DNA of 16,903 nucleotides, taken from NCBI RefSeq assembly GCF_006345805.1, contig NW_021824947.1, positions 1 through 16,903 on the forward strand. The letters are read 5' to 3'. A program made the position numbers and the translations under genes. Shown piece after piece: positions 8,496 through 16,903 of the stretch (position 1 is its first letter; each line of letters begins with the position of its first letter). The notes beneath the pieces are model-generated. The model made no database searches, was not told the DNA's origin, and saw only the letters and a program-made list of their open reading frames with translations. The stretch comes from Octopus sinensis. Lineage: Eukaryota.

Positions 8496-8514
8496 CGGAT
8501 TTTATATAATAGAT
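8300..8514 (+). mobile_element. Non-autonomous Helitron/DINE(Lep1)-like fragment with internal (CA)n
   Basis: caaatttgagcgcaatcggatg..gagatcc..(CA)n 8394-8492..ttttatataatagat has the layout I associate with these elements. Family and 5' boundary are inferred. Confidence 0.5.
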
Positions 8515-8589
8515 ATTGCTATCCAGCAAACGCATTAGCAATATTTTGAAATTCTAATCAAAACACAGACTACGCGGTTTTTTTCTGAA

Positions 8590-8897
8590 GACGCGTGGCT
8601 TAGAGGTTAGGGTATTGGGTTCGCGATCGTAAGGTCGATGGTTCCATTTTCGGCGGCCCGTTGTGTCCATGAGGAAGACATTTTTTTCACGATGCTCCAG
8701 TCCACTTAGCTGGCAAAAATATAATTCAAAAGGACCATCCTTTCCACACTTGATGTGTCACGCTGAATCTTTTTGCAAACTACGTTAAGGGTACGCGTGT
8801 CTGTGGAGTGCCCAGCCACTAACATATTAAGTTCACAAGCAGGCCGTTTCTTTGATCGGATCAACTAAAACAGTCGTCGTCGTAACCGACGGAGATC
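8590..8897 (+). mobile_element. Diverged tRNA-derived SINE-C
   Basis: A-box tggcttagagg; decayed B-box ggttccattttc; central gttgtgtccatgaggaagacatttttttcacgatgctccagtccacttagctg shared with 15241-15580; distinct tail ..gtcgtcgtaaccgacggag. Confidence 0.75.
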
Positions 8898-8984
8898 CAT
8901 ATCACGAGGTTGTTTTAGTCCGCACCTGGATGAACTCACGGCAATTGGCAGTTGATATTTTCATGTGAAAAATACTTTGAACCG

Positions 8985-9158
8985 TGACACGAAGGCCATA
9001 CGTTTAGGTGCCGCTTAAAAAAATTCAACTGAAATTCCCGGAAAAATATGAATAAAAAATATGTTAAATACTGACACGTAGGCCATACGTTTAGGTGCCG
9101 CTTAAAAAAATTCAACTGAAATTCCCGGAAAAATATGAATAAAAAATATGTTAAATAC
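8985..9158. repeat. 87-bp tandem duplication (2 copies, 1 mismatch)
   Basis: Units 8985-9071 and 9072-9158. Confidence 0.95.
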
Positions 9159-9386
9159 TTGCTTGGTTAGTCAGACTTGATTGTGAAAACTGAATCAATA
9201 CAATGCTTGTAAATTTTCAAGATTTCTAGATAAGATCAGTGGTTTTCAACTCATTTTCGCTAGTGGGTCTCTATGATTTCTATTTAATTCTGCTGGACCC
9301 TCATGTTAAAAAAAAGGGCCCACTATTATATTTGTATAATTAAATATTTTAGGAATTGTATTAAAAAATTAAAATATTTTGTGTAT

Positions 9387-9780
9387 TCTCTTTTACTCTT
9401 TTACTAGCTTCAGTTATTTGACTGTGGCCATGCTGGAGCACCACCTTTTTAGTCAAGCAAATCGACTCCAGGATTTATTCTTTCTAAGCCTAGGACTTAT
9501 TCTATCGGTATCTTTTGCCGAACCGCTAATTTACGAGGGCGTAAACACACCAGCATCGGTTGTCAAGCGATGTTGGGGATGGGACAAACACAGACACACA
9601 AACATATACACACACACATACATATACGATGGGCTTCTTCCAGTTTCCGTTTACCAAATCCACTCAGAAGGCATTGGTCGGCCCGAGGCTATAGTAGAAC
9701 ACACTTGCCCAAGGTATCACGCAGTGGGACTGAACTCAGGACCATGTGGTTAGTAAGCAAGCTATTTACCACACAGCCAC
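9387..9780 (-). mobile_element. Near full-length SINE-A, opposite strand to the 6457 copy
   Basis: Reverse complement runs gtggctgtgtggtaaatagcttgc..gagttcagtcccactgc..(TG)n..ccgatgctggtgtgtttacg..gtgctccagcatggccacagtcaaataactgaagc(tagtaaaagagtaaaaga). Confidence 0.9.
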
Positions 9781-9944
9781 AAATGTTAACAGCAACATTT
9801 TATATGGACCCCTAGAGGTCATAACCACCACTAGAATGGATATTTCATGACCTGGGCCTCACGTACGTCATGCGAGAAAGACACCCCCATCCCACCAAAA
9901 TGAGCACGGCTTTACACACGTGCATAAAATCGCACGCACTCATT

Positions 9945-9988
9945 CACACACGCACGCACTCACACACTCACACATTAATAATAGTCAT

Positions 9989-10021
<33 letters not shown>

Positions 10022-10124
10022 CATTATATATAATATATACATATATATATATATATACATATATATATGTATATGTATATATATTATATATATTTATGAT
10101 ATATATATATTATAAATATATATA

Positions 10125-10182
<58 letters not shown>

Positions 10183-10330
10183 TACACAAACCGGTTTGGT
10201 ATTTGGATAGATCTATTACAAAATTTAAAAACAGCTAACATTTTGAGATTCAGGTGCATTTTCAAACACCAAAACAAATTTTCCCTATTTTTTCCTGCGT
10301 GGGAATACCCTTCCTCTCTCTCTGTATATA

Positions 10331-10375
<45 letters not shown>

Positions 10376-10468
10376 TTATATGTATTATGTGTGTATGTAG
10401 TATGTATGTATACATAAATATATATATTGCATATATATATTAAAGCTACATATATATACGTATATATA

Positions 10469-10509
<41 letters not shown>

Positions 10510-10610
10510 AATACACACGTATATATACTTACATTTACATATATATACATACATACATACATACATACGTACGTACATACATATATGTATGTATATATAT
10601 ATATATATTA
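9945..10610. repeat. Compound (CA)n/(TA)n/(TACA)n microsatellite field with a short unique island at ~10185-10320
   Basis: Directly visible; explains the IY-rich ORFs. Confidence 0.93.
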
Positions 10611-11123
10611 CATGGAAAAATGCGAGCATGAAAAGTAATATTCTTAAGATTATAAACCTGGAAAAATACAGGACAGGTTATTACACCTCTAAAAGTATAG
10701 GGCCAGCTATTACTTCAAGTAAAGTAAGGAATAAGAAACTTTTTACTTAAAATATTGCAGCAAAGAATGCCAGTTCTTCTAATTTATCACTCTTTACAGT
10801 TCTCATCTTTTGAATTTATTGTACAAAACTGTTCTGCTAATTTGTAAGTTTGTCTAATTAGTCACTTTTTTCTGTATTTAAGGTAGTCAACTAGCCAAAT
10901 TCTACTTAAATAAGTATAGTGTTATTTGTAAACTATAATAAAATAATTTTTAATATTCAAATTTTAATTTTAGCTGCAATATTTTTAAGTAAAAAGTTTC
11001 TTATTCTTTACCTTACTTGAAGTAATAGTTTGTCCTATACTTATACAGGTGTAATGACTTGTCCTGTTTTTTTCCAGGTTTATAAGCTTAAGAATATTAC
11101 TTAAAATACTCGCATTTTCCATG
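10611..11123. mobile_element. 513-bp MITE/foldback element with 151-bp TIRs and a probable TA target duplication
   Basis: 10611-10761 versus the reverse complement of 10973-11123: about 17 differences by hand (about 89% identity). Termini TA|CATGGAAAA...TTTTCCATG|TA; about 210-bp AT-rich interior without an ORF. Confidence 0.88.
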
Positions 11124-11284
11124 TAATCCATGATTTTTCCAGGCATTGCTGTTATAAGATAATTAATTATGTATCAATTAATAATTTAAGATTTTACCTT
11201 ATAAAATACTGAAAGAAAATATTTCAATTTTTCCATGTAAGTGATGATAATATTTCAATTTTTTCATGTTTAATTTAAATAAAT

Positions 11285-12870
11285 TTCTCTTTCAGAGCTT
11301 CCTTGCAACTGGCAAACTTCCAAGAAAACTGAAGGAAGGTAAAATATGCCCTATTCATAAAGGAGGTAGCAGAGCGGAGGCCAAGAACTACAGACCTATC
11401 TCTCTGACCTCACACATCAGCAAAGTCATGGAACGAATAGTCAGAAGGAAACTAATCGCCTTCCTTGAAGAAAATGACTTGCTGCCCGACACCCAACATG
11501 GTTTCCGACCAGGAAGAAGGTGCCTAACTTAGCTCTTACAACACTATGACTGGGTACTGAAACAACTGCTCAACCACTCAAATGGGGAAGTGATATATCT
11601 CGACTTTGCAAAGGCCTTTGATAAAGTCGATCATGGAATGATATGTCACAAACTGCGTGATTTTGGCATAGTTGGAAAATTGGGAGAATGGCTTCATGAC
11701 TTTCTGAAGGATAGAAGTCAGGTGGTAGTAGCCAATGGGGCCACCTCCAATGACACGCAAATAGTGAGCGGTGTTCCGCAAAGCACTGTTTTGGGACCAC
11801 TGCTGTTCATAATGGCCCTCTCAGACATGCCCTCAGTCACACAGAGAGCCACGATCACAAGTTATGCAGATGATACAAAAGTTTCACAGATAATACAGAA
11901 CCCTGAAGAAACTAAGCACCTGCAATGTGAGCTGGACGAAATATACAAGTGGGCTGAAAAGAATAGCATGCAGTTCAATGCTGAAAAGTTTCAAGCTTTG
12001 TGCTATCAGCATGCAAAACTAAATGCAATGCCCAATAAATACACTGGACCTGGAGGGATTGCAATCCCAGAGGCACAATCAGTGCGTGACCTGGGTATTT
12101 ACAAGAGTAATGATGCAACCTTTCAAGTGCATGTTGCTAAATTGGAAATGAAATGTAGGCGACTGACCTGATGGATTCTTAGAGCCTTTAGAATAAGAGA
12201 CCAGGAAACCATGATGGTCATCTGGAGGACACTTGTCCTAAGCCACCTTTACTATTGCTCTCAGCTATGGTCACCAACCAGTGTCAAATTAATCTCAGAA
12301 CCTGAGGCAATCCAACGAAGCTACACGAAGAAGATAGCCTCTATGCAGCATATAAGCTATTGGGAAAGACTCAAGAGATTAAGACTCTATTCCTTAGAGC
12401 GTAGGCGAGAAAGATATGCCATAATATACATCGGGAAGATTCTGGAAGGACTTGTCCCAAACTTTGGCATCGAGAGTTACACTAATACTAGAACTGGGCG
12501 CCACTGCATAGTGCCAAGGACTCCAAATTTGCCATCAAGATGTAGGACAAGATACTGCAATAGCCTGGGCTTTAGAGGTCCACAGCTCTTCAATATCCTC
12601 CTGAAGGACCTGAGATACCTGCATGGGGTGGATGCAGATGTCTTCAAAATAAAGCTGGACCTCTTCTTGCCAGGTGTCCCAGATGAACCAACTTCACGGC
12701 AGGAGGTGCAGATGAGGGCAGCTGCATCAAACCCTCTCATGCACCAAATGTCAATTGCTAAAAAGCATTCGTGAAGTAAAATCCTGTAGCAACACCAAAT
12801 GGCGGTGCCCCAGCATGGCCACAGCTCGTGAGCTGAAACTAGATGAAATGAAATGAAAAAAAAATGAAAT
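11285..12870 (+). mobile_element. 5'-truncated CR1-clade LINE with (ATGAA)n tail
   Basis: Continuous RT frame, short 3' UTR, tail atgaa repeats 12843-12870. Confidence 0.9.
11290..12774 (+). pseudogene. CR1-type ORF2 reverse transcriptase C-terminal ~490 codons; single frame, two premature stops
   Basis: NYRPISLTSHISKVMERIV, QHGFRPGR, YLDFAKAFDKVDH, SGVPQSTVLGPLLF, YADDTK, RDLG, YWERLKRLRLYSLERRRER. ORFs 11266, 11590 and 12211 share one frame, split by TAG 11530-11532 and TGA 12169-12171. Confidence 0.92.
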
Positions 12871-13568
12871 ATGTTGTGATTGAATTATTTTATATTACCC
12901 ATCCACACCAAATTAATGGCAGGGATTTTTACCATGCTGTTCGTTGCACCATGGCTCACCAAAAGTTACAAACACCAAGACCCCAAAACCATCAGTTACA
13001 AGGCTCACCTTAAGTATCCTAATTTTGCAATTAAAAATGACTATTATTGTACCTTCAATTTTATGTAAATATTTGGTTTTTCATAAATTAAAACCATTTT
13101 ATAAACCAAAATAACTATTTTTAATTTCCAAATTTAAGATGTTCTTGCTAATTTTTTGGGCAAGTGATTTAGGTAGGGGGATATTTTGGCTACTGTTTTT
13201 AGCGTGCCGAGCGACCAAGTAGAGGCTCTTTCACTGGTTCGATTGCTTGATGTGATTCTTTTACACATATATGTAATTTGTATATATATCATCGACAGAA
13301 GTTAGAGAGTAAGTCAAAAGGTGAGAGTTTCGTGTATTGGCACTTATCAAACACGAATTTGTCCATTATCATTCTGTAACTTCTGACGAAATAACTTCTA
13401 AAATACAAACTTTTGTCCAAAACGTTAAGAGTAAACTCTTTTCTATGTGACACATTCTACCAGTTTGAAAGTGTTTAGTTAAAGAAAAAATTGCAATTTA
13501 GTTGAGAACTGAATTAGTGGTGAAGCTGGTGCGATTGACGAAATGGTAGACTTAAGAATATATTCAAA

Positions 13569-13600
13569 ACCGCTGCCCTAACCACTGGGCCATTGCGCCA
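13569..13600 (-). mobile_element. tRNA-SINE head stub (A-box only)
   Basis: Reverse complement tggcgcaatggcccagtggttagggcagcggtt contains TGGCCCAGTGG; no B-box follows. Confidence 0.55.
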
Positions 13601-13605
13601 ACACA

Positions 13606-13682
<77 letters not shown>

Positions 13683-13803
13683 CATATATATACATATATA
13701 TACATATATATATATACATATATATATATACATATATATATATATATTTAAATACATATATGTACATATTTATTTAAATACACACACACACACACACACA
13801 CAT
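13601..13803. repeat. Compound (CA)n/(TA,TACA)n/(CA)n microsatellite
   Basis: Directly visible. Confidence 0.96.
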
Positions 13804-14151
13804 CTTATACATAAATGGCAATTCGGTATGTCGATCTGTCAGTTATGAATCTTGACAAAACTTTGCATACATAAACTAACATCCAGTTCAAGTACAGGTT
13901 ACTTGGATTTCAATAAAAAATTATAATGGACTTCCTAGGGGAGGTTGGGCTGGTATTTGATAAAATGAGAAGAGTGTGAAGAGTGTTAGTGGGAGGGAAA
14001 TGTAGTGGCATATTGAGTGTGGCTGATATCAGAGAAAGGCAGACAGCGTTGTGTAAGTGACGAATATGAGGTGGCAGTGGGATGTTAACATTAATACAGC
14101 TGTCATTCACGGATATACACGCGACGCTGCATACATACTTTCTTAAATACA

Positions 14152-14220
14152 TAGATACATAAACACACACACACACTACGCACACACTGTACACACACAC
14201 ACACACATGCACATACACAT
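14152..14220. repeat. Degenerate (CA)n
   Basis: Directly visible. Confidence 0.85.
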
Positions 14221-14328
14221 AACTAACTTTTAAAACGCCGAGGAAGGGGAAGAAAGATGGGTGTGAGGAATACGTAGGTTTAAGGAGAGTGGCAGTAGGT
14301 GGCTTTTCCGCTGTCCATTGCAAAGAAG

Positions 14329-14537
14329 CACGCACACATAGACACACACATGCATACATATACATACATGCATGCATACATACATACATACATACATATA
14401 TACATACATACATACATATATACATACATACATACATACATGCGTGCATGCATGCATGCATACATACATACATACATACATACATACATACATGCATGCA
14501 TATATACATACATACATACATACATACATACATACAT
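14329..14537. repeat. (TACA)n/(TGCA)n microsatellite
   Basis: Source of the MYVC and HTYI ORFs. Confidence 0.96.
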
Positions 14538-15240
14538 AAAACATATGTCTACTATACACCATTTTAAACTTGTGATTACCTGTGTGTATGTTTGTAAATG
14601 TTTGTGTGTGTGTGTCTGTGGGTTTGTCGTCCTATAACTAACTGTCTGTCTCTCTACCTTTGTAGGGTCTTCTCTGTTGCTGTCACATATCGTTAAATTT
14701 TAAAATTACGTCAAAAGTTTTACATTTGATATGTTGAAATAATTTTCTATGTTAAATCCAATTTTGTTTATTTATTTGTTCCAGACAAAATTGCAGAAAA
14801 ATGTTACTGGGGGGTTTAAAATTTAATCACTTTTACCTAATCAGAAAACAGGATTTGTAAGCTGGCATTTTCTGCATGATAGCTGTCTATCATAAAAAGA
14901 AAGCAAAATCATTACGAGGAGGAATTTTTTATTAAACAAACGAAAGCATAGCATTACAATGACCAAAGTTGTAAGAACTTCTGAAGTTTTAATAAGTTTT
15001 AATGAATAAATTCATGTGAAATGGTCGACCAGATATGTAAATAATTCAAAAGAAAAAACACCATAATGAAAATTTTTGCGAAAAATTGCACAAATCTGTC
15101 CTGATCAAGGGGCCTTTCTGTCGGGGAAGGCATGGTCTAACATGGAATAAGCAAAAATTTATATAAAGCATTCTATTGTAAAAATTGCCCGGCAACGACA
15201 GGCTATTCAGTTAGCATATATATATATACACGTATATATA

Positions 15241-15580
15241 TAAAGTAAAGGGTAAAGACCCCCTTCGGTCATGAATGACCATGGGATTGCACCTAGAAAG
15301 TTACCCTCCTAGACACAAGTCCGGGCAAGGTTGTTTATGGAAGACCAGCAGTCGCCCATGCATACCAGCCTCCCCTCTCCACGCCACCAGTGTTATCCAA
15401 GGGAAAGACAAAGGTCGATACAGCTTGGCACTCGTGACGTCGCAACTCATTTCTACAGCTGAGTGAACTGGAGCAACGTGAAATAAAGTGCCTTGCTCAA
15501 GAACACAACACGCAGCCCGGTCCGGGATTCGAGCTCACAACCTCACGATCGTAAGCTCGACGCTCTAACCACTGAGCCAT
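15241..15580 (-). mobile_element. Near full-length tRNA-derived SINE-C' (central domain of SINE-C, different 3' tail)
   Basis: Reverse complement: A-box tggctcagtgg, B-box gagctcgaatccc, gttgtgttcttgagcaaggcactttatttcacgttgctccagttcactcagctg, tail ..gcaatcccatggtcattcatgaccgaagggggtctttaccctttacttta. Confidence 0.88.
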
Positions 15581-15586
15581 ATAGTA

Positions 15587-15729
15587 TTGTATATCGGGAT
15601 GGCAATTTGTTTTGCCAAATAAACACACGCACTATATATTCGTTCGTCACTCGTTTAGTAATAAACGAGTGAAGAACGAATATATAATACGCGTGTTTAT
15701 TTGGCAAAAAAATCCATCCCGAAATACAA
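15587..15729. repeat. ~140-bp near-perfect palindrome (hairpin-type MITE candidate)
   Basis: Arms 15594-15657 and 15662-15722 pair with about 5 mismatches and a 3-nt bulge, loop GTAA; extension ttgtat/atacaa. Confidence 0.9.
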
Positions 15730-15795
15730 CAATATTTGTTTCAACACACGGTTTCACATCAGGAATCTTGCAACACAAATTCATAAACGTATATA

Positions 15796-16903
15796 CACAG
15801 ACATGACAGAAGTAAGTAAAAACCCTTGTAATCATTAAATTTATTAATATCTGAAATTATACATTCAAATTATTTGTTGTTATAATGTGAATATTTAATA
15901 TTTAGTTGGTATGCCCTTTGCATTTTTCAATGCAAGGACCCTATCAGGTATGTTACTGATCAGATGACGAAAATTCTCTTGAATTTCTTGCCAAGTTTCA
16001 TGCAGTTATCTCAAAAGATCTGGCTTTGAAGATGCTTTCTTGTTCTTTTTATGAAGTGTCCTCTCCATTATGTCACAGAGGCGTTCAATAGGGTTCATAC
16101 CTGGTGATTGGCTTGGCCATCGAAGCTTTTTAATGCCATTCTCTTCCAACAAATCTTGGGTCATTTTAGCAGTGTAGCACAGAGTCCTATCTTCTATAAA
16201 TAAAGAGTCTTCTTTAATTATTTCACCACCGGAGAAGATTGGAAGGAGCCTTTTCTGCAATATGGAGTTTATGTCTCCATCACACTCCACCAGCCTTAAT
16301 CAACCTTTGCCCAGAATTGCTCCCCAGACCATTACAGAATAGCTGTCGTGTTTCATTGTTGGCTGCAATCTTTGCACATCAAATTCTTGATCACAGAGTC
16401 TCCACATCCACACTCGACCACTGTCAAGAAAATCTGGACTCATCAGAAAATATGACAGTGTCACAAAATGCTAGTGGTCCCGCCACCTTCTCACTGGCCC
16501 AATCTTTTCTCCGCTTGATGTTGGTTGATCGAAGAAGTGGCCTCCTACTTGCTGCTCTGCCACAGTAGTCAAGTTCGTGGAGATAACTGACAGCTGTCTT
16601 GGGACCTACATCAACTTGTTCTACTATGCCAGAGGCCTTGCAACGAGGATTATCCTTCACAATTCTCTTAGCAAAGAGAAGGGTCCTTTCAGAGGGCCCT
16701 GGATGATCTGGGCGAGGTGATGTGGACGCCTTCCCCTCTCTGGGGAACTGCGCAATCACTCTATTAACTATAGAAAGCGGGTTTTCTGCGATTTTACGCT
16801 GACTACGTCCACCTTCAGAATGACCCACAAAATGGCTTTTTTCAAATTCAGACAGCTCCAAAGCTTCTTTTGTACATGGCATGTTTAAGCAGTCACTTAC
16901 CGA
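15796..16903 (-). mobile_element. Decayed Tc1 (DD34E) DNA transposon; other TIR lies outside the window
   Basis: Transposase remnant plus a plausible terminus TA|CACAGACATGACAGAAGTAAGT at 15794-15817. Confidence 0.88.
15895..16882 (-). pseudogene. Tc1-family transposase with stops and frameshifts
   Basis: N-terminal HTH-like region (ELSEFEK...RSQRKIA), [14 protein letters not shown] (D1), FIEDRT (D2), WPSQSPGMNPIE (E, 34 residues after D2), ending GIPTKY* with the stop at 15895-15897. Confidence 0.92.

Noticed and set aside
10185-10320. Unique island between TA arrays as a possible exon
   Set aside because: No recognisable protein similarity or convincing splice-site pair.
11281-11296. Strong-looking splice acceptor (tttctctttcag|) at the CR1 5' end, suggesting RT exonisation
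   Set aside because: The CAG is probably native LINE coding sequence (FQS), a stop follows at 11530, and there is no transcript evidence.
14876-14893. 7-bp hairpin atgatag-ctgt-ctatcat
   Set aside because: Expected by chance in 17 kb of AT-rich DNA.
15505-15580. tRNA gene (also the heads at 3637, 6457, 8590 and 9780)
   Set aside because: A and B boxes are present but no complete cloverleaf, and each continues into a SINE body.
16239-16568. 109-aa plus-strand ORF
   Set aside because: Antisense shadow of the Tc1 transposase; the same applies to the antisense ORFs over the LINE RTs.

Overview
Eukaryotic, repeat-saturated non-coding DNA, most likely from a coleoid cephalopod (Octopus). This assignment rests on my recognition of the tRNA-derived SINE families and the extreme microsatellite density, not on a database search. 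I find no supportable host exon, RNA gene, CRISPR array or intact transposase. Contents: a 5'-truncated R4/Dong-like RLE retrotransposon inside a (TAA)n tract (1741-2261, -); a decayed L1/Tx1-clade ORF2 with 3' UTR (~3640-6009, +); a young 5'-truncated CR1-clade LINE (~11285-12870, +); a decayed DD34E Tc1 transposon (15796-end, -); at least three tRNA-SINE families; an LTR/pLTR-like non-coding element (621-1351); a 513-bp long-TIR MITE (10611-11123); a ~140-bp palindrome; a Helitron/DINE-like fragment; and many microsatellites. Most short ORFs in the track are microsatellite artefacts. The strongest signals are two separate LINE-SINE 3'-tail sharing pairs visible inside the window (Tx1-like LINE with SINE-B; CR1 with SINE-A, with a covarying stem-loop), apparent (TAA)n targeting by the Dong-like element, and an inverted duplication of a MITE end plus its flank about 3 kb away.
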